A DNA stretch of 64,000 nt from the NCBI GenBank assembly GCA_965203295.1, contig CBDBCZ010000019.1, positions 2,368,001 to 2,432,000 on the forward strand. Direction: 5' to 3'. The position numbers were made by a program, and so were the translations under genes. Origin of the DNA: Nitrospirales bacterium (GTDB taxonomy: Bacteria; Nitrospirota; Nitrospiria; Nitrospirales; UBA8639). The notes beneath the pieces were generated by a model. It was not told the DNA's origin. It made no database searches and worked only from the letters and a program-made list of their open reading frames with translations. Below are positions 39,757-50,485 of the stretch, in pieces (positions within the stretch are counted from its first letter, which is position 1; the number at the start of each line of letters is the position of its first letter).

Positions 39757-40458
39757 CTAACCAATAAACCGCGGTCCAAATATCCCTGTTCCCACTCGAA
39801 CTATTGTCGCACTTTCTTCTATGGCAATCATGAAATCTTGGGTCATTCCCATTGAAAGATTCTCCATCCCAATTCGACCCAACGAACGTTCTTTTATCTG
39901 CTCTGCCAGTTCACGAAGTTTTCGGAAATAAGAACGGGAAGCTTCGGGATCCGATACGATTGGAGGAATGGTCATCAACCCTCGAATCAAGAGGTGAGGC
40001 AACTGGTCTAAGCTGGGAAGGGCCTCTACCAAACTCGTGGGTGAGAACCCACCTTTACTTGGTTCATTTCCAATATTGACTTCTAACAGGACAGTTTGCT
40101 TGATTCTCACTTGGTCCGCTCGCTCATTAATGCCTTGAGCCTGTTCTAGGCTTTCAACGGAATGAATGAGGGCAAACCGCCCGACCAGGGCTTTTATTTT
40201 TCGCCTTTGGATTCTACCGATAAAATGCCATACGATGTCTGGAAAATCCTGTAACTCAACCATTTTGGACTCTGCTTCCTGTAAACGATTTTCCCCGCAA
40301 ATGGAGACTCCGGCCAACGTAGCATCCACCACTCGGCTTGCTGCAACATGCTTGGTCGCCGCGACCAACTGTACCTCACTCGGATCTCGACCCGCTCGTG
40401 AAGATGCTTCCCGAATACGTTCAAGAACGACTTGGACATTGTGATGAATGTCATCCAA
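39757..40458 (-). CDS. yggS: PLP homeostasis protein
   Basis: Motifs LVAATK, GENRLQE, WHFIG, GLMTIPP and LSMGM. Confidence 0.95.
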   Translation of the reverse strand: MDDIHHNVQVVLERIREASSRAGRDPSEVQLVAATKHVAASRVVDATLAGVSICGENRLQEAESKMVELQDFPDIVWHFIGRIQRRKIKALVGRFALIHSVESLEQAQGINERADQVRIKQTVLLEVNIGNEPSKGGFSPTSLVEALPSLDQLPHLLIRGLMTIPPIVSDPEASRSYFRKLRELAEQIKERSLGRIGMENLSMGMTQDFMIAIEESATIVRVGTGIFGPRFIG

Positions 40459-40538
40459 AGCACTTCCTCATATATTCGCGAGTTTATGCAACAAGAGATC
40501 ATACGGTTCGATCATGCTGATACTCGTTAGGGAGGATC

Positions 40539-41282
40539 TCAAAGCGAGGGGGTCAACATAATCCCACTCACCATCGTTCCCCGGCGTTCTCCTTTTCTTC
40601 GATTTCTTCGATGGGAATAAAATAAATCCGAACGACAGATCGTGCAGAAATCCAAACCATGACTCTTGCTTCTCGGGACCCCCATGTTCACCACTTGCCG
40701 ATGAATCATTTCCTTTAAATTGAGTCGCCCTCGATCTTGATGTGAGAAATCAAACACCGATTCCCATTCCTCAAACTGTTCTTGAAGAATTGAGATGACC
40801 GGCGCATCTATTTCATAACAACAGGCGCCGGCCGATGGGCCAATCGCCACTTCCACACGTTCAACGTTGGAACCAAAATGTGCAGCCAGGGCCTGCAAAG
40901 TTTTAGGAACAATCCCATGAAGGGTTCCTCGCCAACCGGCATGGACAGCGGCAACGACTCGATGATCAGGATCGTGAACAAAGACAGGCACACAATCCGC
41001 TGTCTGCACAGTCAATAGCACCTTTGGCTGATCGCTGATCAGGGCATCCCATCCTCCCTCGATCGCGTCCCCACCTTTGAGCGGTCTATCAAGAATCAGA
41101 GCATCCGTACCATGAACCTGCTTGACGCTGGCGACCAGTGGGAACTCTGCCGGGCCTGGATTGACGATTCCAATCCCCATCTCCTCGGCTTTCGGCCAAC
41201 GATTTGGTGCTATCCGTGTGCCAAAGAAATGTGTCATACCTCCGGCTGCCGAGGCGAAACTGGAAATCGTCAGTGGTTCCAT
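40539..41282 (-). CDS. pgeF: Peptidoglycan editing factor / laccase-domain protein
   Basis: Motifs QVHG, TADCVP, HAGWRG, IGPS...CCYE and YSHRR. Confidence 0.93.
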   Translation of the reverse strand: MEPLTISSFASAAGGMTHFFGTRIAPNRWPKAEEMGIGIVNPGPAEFPLVASVKQVHGTDALILDRPLKGGDAIEGGWDALISDQPKVLLTVQTADCVPVFVHDPDHRVVAAVHAGWRGTLHGIVPKTLQALAAHFGSNVERVEVAIGPSAGACCYEIDAPVISILQEQFEEWESVFDFSHQDRGRLNLKEMIHRQVVNMGVPRSKSHGLDFCTICRSDLFYSHRRNRRKGERRGTMVSGIMLTPSL

Positions 41283-41315
41283 GTTGTTCTACACACCAAT
41301 CAAGAGAAATCTTGC

Positions 41316-42536
41316 CTAATGCCCGCGACGACGCAAAAAGGTCGGCACGTCCCAATCCTCATCAACCATCATCGGCACTGTCTCACGACTTTTGCCATTC
41401 GATTCGAGTCGCCGCATAAACGTGGGGCGATCTAATTCCTGATTTTGGTGATTCCGATGCTCACCTCGTACCGCAGCCAACAGGGGTTGACGCGCCGGAG
41501 CCATAGCCGGGGATGGCCGTGAAGGGGTTATCACCATGGATGAACCGTTCGGTTGGAGGCGGCTCGCGACATCCTTTTCCTCCCGTTCAAACCCCGTGGC
41601 AATGACCGTCACCACAATTTCATCACCCATATCCGGATCAATAACTTGACCGACGATGATATTGGCTTGCGGGTCCGCCGCTTCTCTCGCAACATTGGAG
41701 GCCTCTTCAATCTCATGGAGTGCCAAGCCCGGTCCACCTGTGATGTTCAACAACATCCCTTGAGCCCCATCGACAGTGCTATCTTCCAAAAACGGGCTTG
41801 AGACAGCCTGTTTCGCTGCTTCGCTGGCACGATTGGTGCCTCTGGCAATGCCCATGCCCATGACGGCTCGACCGGTGTAGCTCATGATCGTTTGAATATC
41901 AGCAAAATCGACATTGACGAGCCCTGGTGTCGTAATGACATCAGCAATGCCCTGGATGGCTTGACGCAAGACATCATCCGCAATCCTGAAGGCTTCGAGG
42001 AGAGACGTATTTTTATCGACCAAGTCTAAGAGTTTTTGATTGGGGATCACCAATAACGAATCCACGTTTTTTTTCAGTTCTCTCAGCCCTTCCTCGGCAT
42101 ATCCCATGCGACGTTGTCCCTCGTATTGAAAGGGCTTTGTCACCACTCCCACGGTGAGAATACCCAGCTCCCTAGCAATTCTGGCAAAAATAGGGGCGCC
42201 GCCCGTTCCAGTCCCACCTCCCATTCCAGCAGTCACAAAAACCATATCAGCCCCTTCTAACACTTGTCGAATTTCCATCTCACTTTCCACCGCCGCCTCT
42301 CTTCCAACATCGGGCTTGGCGCCTGCTCCCAATCCTTGGGTTCGTTTAGGTCCCAGTTGAATTTTAAAGGGAGCCTGGGATCTGGCCAAGGCCTGAAGAT
42401 CCGTGTTGCCCACGATGAAGTCGACTCGGCTTAACCCTGAGGCGATCATCGTGTTGACAGCATTGCAGCCTGCTCCCCCGACACCAAGAACTTTAATTCG
42501 AATCGGACTAAATTCTTCTTCTTGTAATGAGAACAT
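41316..42536 (-). CDS. ftsZ: Cell division protein FtsZ
   Basis: GMGGGTGTG tubulin signature, NVDFAD and C-terminal DVPTFLR. Confidence 0.99.
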   Translation of the reverse strand: MFSLQEEEFSPIRIKVLGVGGAGCNAVNTMIASGLSRVDFIVGNTDLQALARSQAPFKIQLGPKRTQGLGAGAKPDVGREAAVESEMEIRQVLEGADMVFVTAGMGGGTGTGGAPIFARIARELGILTVGVVTKPFQYEGQRRMGYAEEGLRELKKNVDSLLVIPNQKLLDLVDKNTSLLEAFRIADDVLRQAIQGIADVITTPGLVNVDFADIQTIMSYTGRAVMGMGIARGTNRASEAAKQAVSSPFLEDSTVDGAQGMLLNITGGPGLALHEIEEASNVAREAADPQANIIVGQVIDPDMGDEIVVTVIATGFEREEKDVASRLQPNGSSMVITPSRPSPAMAPARQPLLAAVRGEHRNHQNQELDRPTFMRRLESNGKSRETVPMMVDEDWDVPTFLRRRGH

Positions 42537-42624
42537 GGAACCCTCCTTTCACCTCTGTGTGAAGACTTGGGATGGTGATCTCCTTCGGATCTCCGCCGCT
42601 TTCCATGGAATCCGTCCTTCTGGT

Positions 42625-43866
42625 CTAATCAAACATCCATCCCTTCATACGTCCAAAAACGCCACTAAATCCTTTGTCGCCCTTTCGGCAGCCTATTAAG
42701 CCGGCTGGTTCAAACTCCTGACCGCACGAATGCGCATGTAAGATTAATCCAACTCCAGTGGAAAACATGGGGTTGCTGACGATATCACGCAATCCCCCCA
42801 CTCCAGATGGAATGCCACTTCGGGCGGGAAGATCGAGCACACGTTCCGTCGCTTCAGGCATGCCTTCCAGTAGTGACGTTCCCCCCGTGATGACCGCCCC
42901 CGCTGCTAATTTCCCTTCATACCCAGCCAAGCGAATTTGATTCAGAACCAGGTCAAAGATTTCTTCAACTCGAGGCTCGATAATCCTAGCAATTTCCCGT
43001 TTAGAGATATTTCTTGGAGGCCGGCCACCGACACTCGGGACCTGAACGCACTCAGAGTCCTTGACCATATCTGTCAACGCGACACCTTGACGAATCTTAA
43101 TTTTTTCGGCATCCCCATGAGCCGTTCGCAAACCGATTTGTAAATCTGACGTCACGTGTTGGCCTCCTACGGGCAACACCGCCGAATGGCTAATGCTTCC
43201 TTCTGAAAAAATGGCTAAGTCAGTCGTTCCGCCTCCTAAATCCACCATGACCACACCTAGCTCTTTTTCTTCTTCTGTTATTACAGCATCGCTTGACGCA
43301 AGGGGTTGAAGAACAACATCAACCACACCAAGGCCAGCTCGATTCACACACTTGACCAGGTTCTGAGCCGAGGTCACCGCCCCAGTCACAATATGGACAT
43401 CCACTTCCAACCGCGAACCGGATATGCCAACCGGTTCACGAATTCCTATCTGGTCGTCTACAATAAACTCCCGAGGAAGCACATGGAGGATCTGCCGGTC
43501 TTGCGGCACGACGGTTGTCGTACGAGCTGTATCGATCGCCCGCTGCACATCAGATCGAGAGACTTCCTGCTTCTTCAGCGCAACGACGCCATGAGCACTT
43601 TCACTGGAAATATGGCTCCCAGCAATTCCGATGTGAACGGAATTGATTTGCACCGCAGCCATGAGTTCGGCTTCTTCCACCGCTTTCCTTATTGAGTCCA
43701 CGGTGGCGTCAATATTGACCACCACTCCCTTTCGTAACCCACGGGACGGGCTGGATCCCACTCCAATGACGTTGACCACATCATCATCGATCACCTCTCC
43801 GACAATCGCACAGATCTTTGTTGTGCCGATGTCAAGTCCAACAACAATGTTCTCTTTCTTGGCCAT
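42625..43866 (-). CDS. ftsA: Cell division protein FtsA
   Basis: Motifs GLDIGTTK, DLGGGTTD and AEKIK, with an amphipathic C-terminus. Confidence 0.98.
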   Translation of the reverse strand: MAKKENIVVGLDIGTTKICAIVGEVIDDDVVNVIGVGSSPSRGLRKGVVVNIDATVDSIRKAVEEAELMAAVQINSVHIGIAGSHISSESAHGVVALKKQEVSRSDVQRAIDTARTTTVVPQDRQILHVLPREFIVDDQIGIREPVGISGSRLEVDVHIVTGAVTSAQNLVKCVNRAGLGVVDVVLQPLASSDAVITEEEKELGVVMVDLGGGTTDLAIFSEGSISHSAVLPVGGQHVTSDLQIGLRTAHGDAEKIKIRQGVALTDMVKDSECVQVPSVGGRPPRNISKREIARIIEPRVEEIFDLVLNQIRLAGYEGKLAAGAVITGGTSLLEGMPEATERVLDLPARSGIPSGVGGLRDIVSNPMFSTGVGLILHAHSCGQEFEPAGLIGCRKGDKGFSGVFGRMKGWMFD

Positions 43867-43875
43867 GGTCTTTTG

Positions 43876-44709
43876 TCACCCCCTCTGCCGGAAGATCACC
43901 TTTCTCGGGTATCGGAGATCAATTTCTTTCCACTCCGATTTGTTTTTGGCATGGATAGTAGAGTTTAACAACTGATACCGTTTCCATTGACTTTCGGGCT
44001 CCGCCCCAAATTGGAAACGAACCCCTTGGACGTCTGCAAAAATTTCGTCAGGACTCTTGATCTGTACGACCGGCTTTGATTCAAATCGTTGGAGAACCCA
44101 ACCCGCTACCTTCATTCCCTTTTGCAATGTGCGTTGTGAACCCGGATCCTCATTGAGGAGAAGAGTCGGGTTGATTCCTTCCAGTATGGGGAGGTCTGTT
44201 TGCTCAGGACGGACCCTGTTGGACAAAACTATTCCGCTTTGATCAAGGACCATCATCTGGGTTCCATACCGGAGAATCGCTGCAGGACGACGTTCACGAA
44301 TGGCAACCGTGACAGTATCCGGCAACACCCTACCGACGACGACTGAATCGATCCAAGGATGGGATTCCAGTCGCTGACTTAAAAGCGAGAGATCAATGTC
44401 GAACAAAGTGGAACCAGGAGGAAGTGCAAGCCGGTCAATGATTTCACCTCGGTTCATTCGCTCCAACCCTGTGACGGAAATGTGATGAACCGTCGTCCAG
44501 GAAGCTAACACCGGTTGAACCTGTTGATATCCAACCGTGCCAGCTAACGCCATGAGCACGAAGACCATCGCCAGGATTCGTACAGAGTAACCAGTTCGCT
44601 GTTTTCGGTGTCTCCGAGTTCGTCGGCCACCAGATCTCCTTTTCTTTATCAAGGACGCAAGAAGACCTAGCTTTTTAGCGTTTCTTCGACTCATTTCCTT
44701 GCCTATCAC
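43876..44709 (-). CDS. ftsQ: Cell division protein FtsQ/DivIB
   Basis: TM helix, POTRA domain (HPWI...R.LPD.V...I.ER.P) and IDLRY. Lies between ddl and ftsA. Confidence 0.92.
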   Translation of the reverse strand: MIGKEMSRRNAKKLGLLASLIKKRRSGGRRTRRHRKQRTGYSVRILAMVFVLMALAGTVGYQQVQPVLASWTTVHHISVTGLERMNRGEIIDRLALPPGSTLFDIDLSLLSQRLESHPWIDSVVVGRVLPDTVTVAIRERRPAAILRYGTQMMVLDQSGIVLSNRVRPEQTDLPILEGINPTLLLNEDPGSQRTLQKGMKVAGWVLQRFESKPVVQIKSPDEIFADVQGVRFQFGAEPESQWKRYQLLNSTIHAKNKSEWKEIDLRYPRKVIFRQRG

Positions 44710-45659
44710 ATCCGGCGAAAAGTGGTGCCTTTTCTTTTGGCTCGTCCCCGTCTTAGGGCCGATTGAAGAATTTTTTCTGTGAGTGCTCCATAATCCATAC
44801 CAGCTTGCAAGGCTGCCATGGGCAACAGGCTTCGCTGGGTCATCCCAGGAATCGTATTAATTTCTAAAAAAAACGGGCGCCCTTGAGGGCTCAATCTAAA
44901 ATCAACGCGGGCTGCTCCTTCGCAACCCACCCCAGCATAAGATCGGACGGCTAGATCTCGAAGCCGTGTTATCGTTGATCCCGATAGTTGAGGAGGACAT
45001 TGGTACGATGTTTCATCTTTTTCGTACTTTGCAGCATAATCGTAAAAACCACCAGGAGCCAAAATTTCCACAGGCGGCAGCAACTCCCCATCTACGACAG
45101 ACATCGCCAGTTCCCTCCCAGGAACATAGGTTTCGACAAAGATTTCATCCCCCTGCCGGAAAGCTCGTCGCAAAGCAGCTGCCCATTCCGATCGACGGCG
45201 AACGATTGAAACACCGATGGTTGATCCTTGCGCTACCGGCTTCACAACAAAGGGGAAGCAAGAATCAGAAGGAGGAGTGGGTGGTTTTTTGGTTCTTGAT
45301 AGAATTCGCCCTTCCGGTACGGGAACCCCGTGGGTTTTAAGAAGTCTTTTTGTCATGGGCTTATCCATTGCCAACGCACTGGCCAACACCCCAGAGCCTG
45401 TATATGGGATCCTGAGCACTTCCAATAACCCTTGGACATTCCCATCTTCATCCCCTGGGCCATGTAACGCGAGAAAAGCCATTTCCACTCTTTTGGACCG
45501 CAACTGCCAAGGCAATGACGGATCAACATCGATTTGAACCACGTTATATTTCTTCCCGCGCAGCACCTCATAGATGGCTTTTCCTGTCTTTAAAGAAACC
45601 GGTCGTTCGGCGGAGCCCCCTCCCATCAACACCCCGATTCGAGCTTGCGTTAACGGCAC
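44706..45659 (-). CDS. ddl: D-alanine--D-alanine ligase
   Basis: Motifs GG.SAER.VS, PYTGSG, FYDYAAKY, ARVDF and EINTIPGMT. Confidence 0.97.
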   Translation of the reverse strand: MPLTQARIGVLMGGGSAERPVSLKTGKAIYEVLRGKKYNVVQIDVDPSLPWQLRSKRVEMAFLALHGPGDEDGNVQGLLEVLRIPYTGSGVLASALAMDKPMTKRLLKTHGVPVPEGRILSRTKKPPTPPSDSCFPFVVKPVAQGSTIGVSIVRRRSEWAAALRRAFRQGDEIFVETYVPGRELAMSVVDGELLPPVEILAPGGFYDYAAKYEKDETSYQCPPQLSGSTITRLRDLAVRSYAGVGCEGAARVDFRLSPQGRPFFLEINTIPGMTQRSLLPMAALQAGMDYGALTEKILQSALRRGRAKRKGTTFRRM

Positions 45660-45720
45660 TGGGCTAGACTCCTCTCAACCCTTCTGGGTTTCTGACAACC
45701 AACCATTTAAAAATAGAGGC

Positions 45721-46635
45721 TTAGGGATCTCCAACAATTTGCAATTCCAATTCGAGAGTCACACCGGTTTGCTGAAAAACCGTTTGCTGAATTTTCTTGA
45801 TAAGGAGCAAGACATCTGTTGCTCGTGCCTGACCAACGTTGATGATAAAATTTGCATGCTTCTGTGAGACCTGGGCGTCTCCAATGCGAGTCCCTTTCAA
45901 GCCTGCTTTTTCGATCAATTCCCCAGCGGAGCTCTGTTCTGGATTTTTAAAGATTGATCCGGCATTGGGTCGTGTTAAGGGTTGAGTCGCCTTTCGGTAT
46001 TGAAGATAGGCCTGCGTCGCTGATCGAATTTTCGCTTTGGGAGCGTGAGTGAGCTGAAACCATGCTCCTGCCACGAATCCCGGCGGAAGGGAGGCTCGGC
46101 GGTAGGAAAAAGATATGGTTGAGGCTTCCAAAGTTTGGGGTTGTCCCTCAAGGGTCACAAACTGAACGGCTTTGAGCGCATCCTTCATTTCCCCTAAGTA
46201 GGTCCCAGCATTCATCACGACGCCCCCTCCGACCGTCCCAGGAATTCCTGCAGCCCACTCAAGGCCAGACAATGAACGGTTGATGGCATGCTGCATCAAA
46301 ACCGGCATGCGAACCCCAGCCTCTGCATAAAGAACATCTTGTCCTTCATCAGAGATTTCCACCATGTTTGAGAATGACACCACCATTCCCCGTATTCCTC
46401 TATCCTGAACAAGAACGTTCGTCCCGCCTAATGGAAATACTGGCACACCGATAGCATTCGATTGGTTCATTAAGACACACAGATCTTCAAGGTCCGCTGG
46501 TGTCACAAAGACGTCAGCTGGCCCTCCAATTTTAAGTGAGGTGAAATCCTTCAAAGGCACGTCAAAAGACACACCCCCTCGAATGTTGGCTACTGCCGAA
46601 AGCAGTTGACGATTGGTTGAGATTTGAGTTCTCAT
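45721..46635 (-). CDS. murB: UDP-N-acetylmuramate dehydrogenase
   Basis: Motifs IGGPAD, GIPGTVGG..MNAG, AGSIFKNP and HANF. Confidence 0.97.
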   Translation of the reverse strand: MRTQISTNRQLLSAVANIRGGVSFDVPLKDFTSLKIGGPADVFVTPADLEDLCVLMNQSNAIGVPVFPLGGTNVLVQDRGIRGMVVSFSNMVEISDEGQDVLYAEAGVRMPVLMQHAINRSLSGLEWAAGIPGTVGGGVVMNAGTYLGEMKDALKAVQFVTLEGQPQTLEASTISFSYRRASLPPGFVAGAWFQLTHAPKAKIRSATQAYLQYRKATQPLTRPNAGSIFKNPEQSSAGELIEKAGLKGTRIGDAQVSQKHANFIINVGQARATDVLLLIKKIQQTVFQQTGVTLELELQIVGDP

Positions 46636-46688
46636 CCCTCGACGTGTTCTCACAGAACCGGTTGTTGGAAGGGGAAGCAGAGAGAGAT

Positions 46689-48068
46689 TCACAATCGCTC
46701 CAAAATTTCTACTCCTACCTTCCAAATATCACCAGCTCCTAAAGTCAACACCACATCTCCTGGACACAATTGCGATAGCACCGATTCAACCATGGTTTCT
46801 TTCTTTTCGATCCATGTGACCGAAAGGTGACCGGAAGCCTGGATTTTTTTGGTCAACTCTTTTCCTGATACTCCAGGAATCGGCTCTTCTCCGGCTGAAT
46901 AGATCTCTGTCACGAACACAAGGTCAGCTTGGGAAAAGACACCAGCGAATTCTTCGAAAAGATCGCGAGTCCTGGTGTATCGATGTGGTTGGAAGGCAAC
47001 GACCAAGCGACGCCCCCAGGCATCCTTGGCAGCCGACAGTGTCACCCGGATCTCGGTTGGATGATGGCCATAATCATCCAAGACTAAGATGTCGTTTTTC
47101 TCGCCCCGTACCTGAAATCGTCGTTCAACTCCTGTAAATCCAGCCAACCCCGATCGAATAAGTTCAAGGGGTATATCCAGCTCTAATGCCACGGCAATAG
47201 CGGCTAAGGCATTCGGAATATTATGGACTCCGGGGACGTTGAGCCGAAACGGCCAGATTTTTTTTCCCAGCAAATGAGCACGAAAATTCACCACGCCCCC
47301 ATCAGCCGAAATGTCGGTGGCAAGGATATCCGGTTCCAACTTCCCAGCTTGATGTTCGACTCCATAGGTCAAACAGCGCTTCAGCACCCTGGGCAAGAGT
47401 TTTCGAATCCGTTCGTCGTCAGCGCAGAGAATAACTAAACCATAAAAAGGCACCTTGTTCATAAATTCCAAGAAGGCCTCTTCCAGACGCTCCATGGTGC
47501 CGTAATGGTCAAGATGTTCACGATCCATATTCGTGACCACGACGATCGATGGAGAAAGCCGTAAAAAAGACCCATCGCTCTCATCAGCTTCAGCAATGAG
47601 TAAATCACTTCGCCCAAGCCTGGCGTGAGTTCCCACCGCATTGACCTTCCCTCCCACGACAAAGGTGGGATCCAAGCCTGCCTGGGCAAGGACAGAAGCG
47701 ATTAGTGACGTGGTGGTCGTCTTTCCATGGGCTCCAGCAACCGCGACTCCAAATTTTAGGCGCATAAGCTCCGCAAGCATTTCTGCTCTTGAGATCACAG
47801 GGATGTTCAATCGCCGAGCCTCCATCACTTCAGGATTCGTTGATTGAACCGCAGAGGAAGTCACGACAACTTGGGCACCCTTCACATGGGATTCACGATG
47901 ACCGATGAAAACTTCTCCCCCAAGCGTTTCCAACCGACGTATATTGTCGGAATGGGATACATCAGACCCCGTCACTTTGTAGCCAAGGGTGAGGAGTACC
48001 TCCGCAATACCGCTCATTCCACTCCCGCCAATCCCCACCAAATGAATGTGTCGAGTCTTTCTAAACAT
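46689..48068 (-). CDS. murC: UDP-N-acetylmuramate--L-alanine ligase
   Basis: Motifs GIGGSGMSG, GAHGKTTT, EADESDGSF, DDYGHHPTE and FQPHRY. Confidence 0.98.
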   Translation of the reverse strand: MFRKTRHIHLVGIGGSGMSGIAEVLLTLGYKVTGSDVSHSDNIRRLETLGGEVFIGHRESHVKGAQVVVTSSAVQSTNPEVMEARRLNIPVISRAEMLAELMRLKFGVAVAGAHGKTTTTSLIASVLAQAGLDPTFVVGGKVNAVGTHARLGRSDLLIAEADESDGSFLRLSPSIVVVTNMDREHLDHYGTMERLEEAFLEFMNKVPFYGLVILCADDERIRKLLPRVLKRCLTYGVEHQAGKLEPDILATDISADGGVVNFRAHLLGKKIWPFRLNVPGVHNIPNALAAIAVALELDIPLELIRSGLAGFTGVERRFQVRGEKNDILVLDDYGHHPTEIRVTLSAAKDAWGRRLVVAFQPHRYTRTRDLFEEFAGVFSQADLVFVTEIYSAGEEPIPGVSGKELTKKIQASGHLSVTWIEKKETMVESVLSQLCPGDVVLTLGAGDIWKVGVEILERL

Positions 48069-48179
48069 GTTCGGATACGACCCACATGAAACTCCTTACC
48101 GTCACCCGACAATGAGATCGTCGATCAAAAACAAAACATTGTTCAAAATGGACTCTTGGAACCACAGCGTTTTCACCTA

Positions 48180-49268
48180 TCACCGCGACGCAGGATGTCC
48201 TGCTAACGCAAGACATTCTCGGACCATAATTTCTGCAGAGTCGGTTCTCCTCAGTGAACGGCTTCTCTGTGCCATGATCTTCACATGATCAGGACTCTTA
48301 AACAGGGCCTCTAGTTCCGCAACGAGTCGTTTTGCTGTCAATTCTGCTTGGGGAATCACGACCGCGGCTCCTGCTTGTTCCATCACCCTGGCGTTTTTTT
48401 CCTGATGGTTATGAGCGGCATGCGGAAACGGGATTAAAATAGCCGCTTTCCCGCACGCGGATAGCTCCGCCAAGGTCAACGCTCCACAGCGCGACACTAC
48501 TAAATCTGCAGAACGGAGTGTGGCTGGCATATCACTGATAAAGGAGACAACTTGAGCATGGACCCCGACAGCGGCATAGGCCATGGTGATTCGGTCAACA
48601 TCATCTGCTCCTGTTTGGTGAATGAGGTTGAGATCTTCCCGAACCACTTTGGATATCTCCAATGCTTCAATAACCGCCGAATTAATCGCACGTGCACCTT
48701 GACTGCCACCACAGATGAGCACCGTCCGCACTCGATCAGGCGAGGGAGACGGTTCCTGCTGGAGGAATGCTTTCCTAATCGGGACACCAACGGTGCGAAC
48801 CTTCGAGGGATTAAAGAACTGTTTTGCCGCTTCAAAAGAAAGAAAGATTCGATCGGCTAAAGGCCCCATTATTCTGTTGGCTAGCCCAGGAACGGCATTT
48901 GGTTCAAGCAACGCTCTCCGAATTCCAAGGAAAAAAGCCGCAATCACGACAGGAGGGCTTGTGTACCCTCCGGTACCAATGACCACATCCGCACAACGTG
49001 CTCGAAGCAAACGCATCGCTCGCCAAATCGCTCCAGGAATGAGCATAAGACCGATCAAGGAATCTCGGAGACTTCGACCAACGATTCCTCGCACATAAAG
49101 AGTTTCCAATTGAATTTCACTCTCTTGTAACATCGTCCGCTCTAGGTGGCGTCCCGTCCCCACCAATGTGACGGAGGCCATCGGATCCTGCCGATAAAAC
49201 TCCTCGGCTAAGACAATCGCCGGAAACATGTGCCCACCTGTCCCCCCAGAAGCAATCACGACATTCAT
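48180..49268 (-). CDS. murG: Lipid II GlcNAc transferase
   Basis: Motifs GGTGGH, GGY, GGSQGA and HQEKNA. Start at ATG 49268, overlapping the ftsW stop. Confidence 0.97.
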   Translation of the reverse strand: MNVVIASGGTGGHMFPAIVLAEEFYRQDPMASVTLVGTGRHLERTMLQESEIQLETLYVRGIVGRSLRDSLIGLMLIPGAIWRAMRLLRARCADVVIGTGGYTSPPVVIAAFFLGIRRALLEPNAVPGLANRIMGPLADRIFLSFEAAKQFFNPSKVRTVGVPIRKAFLQQEPSPSPDRVRTVLICGGSQGARAINSAVIEALEISKVVREDLNLIHQTGADDVDRITMAYAAVGVHAQVVSFISDMPATLRSADLVVSRCGALTLAELSACGKAAILIPFPHAAHNHQEKNARVMEQAGAAVVIPQAELTAKRLVAELEALFKSPDHVKIMAQRSRSLRRTDSAEIMVRECLALAGHPASR

Positions 49269-50455
49269 CGAGACAACCTTGACCTTGGAGTTCCTGAAAG
49301 ACTTTCTCCACGGGATACACTCAGTAATAAACCAATGGCAAACATCGTCGTGACTAAGGAAGACCCGCCATAGCTCACCAATGGCAATGTTAAACCCTTG
49401 GTTGGCAACAGCCCGGTTACCACTCCCATGTTCATGAGGGCTTGGCCTCCGAGAAGCAACACGACTCCAAACCCCAAGAACCGCCCGAAAGGATCTTGTG
49501 AATAGTGCGCAATTTGACATCCTTTGAAGATGAAAATCCCCAATAACAGAATCAGTGCTCCTGTTCCTACGAAGCCCAACTCTTCGCCAATCAGAGCGAG
49601 GATAAAATCAGAATGTCCTTCAGGAAGAAAAAAGAGCTTCTGCTTACTTTCCCCTAAACCCACTCCCCAGAAGCCACCGCTTCCTAATGCCACGAAAGAT
49701 TGAGTTAACTGAAACCCCACACCCATCGAGTCCTGCCAAGGATCCAAAAAATTCAAAAAGCGGCGAAGCCGGTATTCTGACCCCCAAATCAGTGCTACGG
49801 TTGATAGGATAATGATCAAAAACAGCCCGCAGAGGTGCATCAAACGAGCTCCTCCCAAAAACAACAACTCCACCAATAGAAGACCCAAAATGACAGTCGT
49901 TCCAAAATCTGGTTCAAGGAGAACTAACCCTGCCATGCATCCCACCAAAACCACAGGGGGAAGAAATCCTGAAAAAAAGTCACAAACCTGATCTTCTTTG
50001 TTCGAAAGAAACGCAGCCAAATAAAGAAGAACGCTGACCTTGGCCATTTCCGCTGGTTGGAGCGAGACATCACCCACACGAAACCAACGGCGTGCTCCGT
50101 TCACTTCTACGCCAATGAACGGCACCAAGACGAGAATGAGCAAGATCATGATGATGCCATAGAGTGCAGGGATGAATGGCTTCCATCGTCTATAGTCAAC
50201 ATTCGCAACTCCATGCATGACCATGATTCCAAGGATTAACCATATGGCTTGGCGTTTAAAGAAAAACATGGAATCACCATAGCGGTTCTCCGCCATGACC
50301 CCACTCGCGCTGAAGATCATGACTAGCCCACTCAACGCCAACATATAGGTCACCCCCAATACCCATCGATCGGGAGAGAGAGGACCCCACTTGGTTGGCC
50401 GCGCACCTAACCATTCCAGAGACAATTGTGGTGCGTCAGAAATGGGTGGAGCCAT
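49265..50455 (-). CDS. ftsW: SEDS peptidoglycan polymerase FtsW
   Basis: Motifs GARRW, QPAE..K, EPDFG, LPEGHSDFI, EELG and SYGGSS. Confidence 0.97.
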   Translation of the reverse strand: MAPPISDAPQLSLEWLGARPTKWGPLSPDRWVLGVTYMLALSGLVMIFSASGVMAENRYGDSMFFFKRQAIWLILGIMVMHGVANVDYRRWKPFIPALYGIIMILLILVLVPFIGVEVNGARRWFRVGDVSLQPAEMAKVSVLLYLAAFLSNKEDQVCDFFSGFLPPVVLVGCMAGLVLLEPDFGTTVILGLLLVELLFLGGARLMHLCGLFLIIILSTVALIWGSEYRLRRFLNFLDPWQDSMGVGFQLTQSFVALGSGGFWGVGLGESKQKLFFLPEGHSDFILALIGEELGFVGTGALILLLGIFIFKGCQIAHYSQDPFGRFLGFGVVLLLGGQALMNMGVVTGLLPTKGLTLPLVSYGGSSLVTTMFAIGLLLSVSRGESLSGTPRSRLSR

Positions 50456-50485
50456 GATTCCTATATTCTCTCTCTACTAGAGCGT

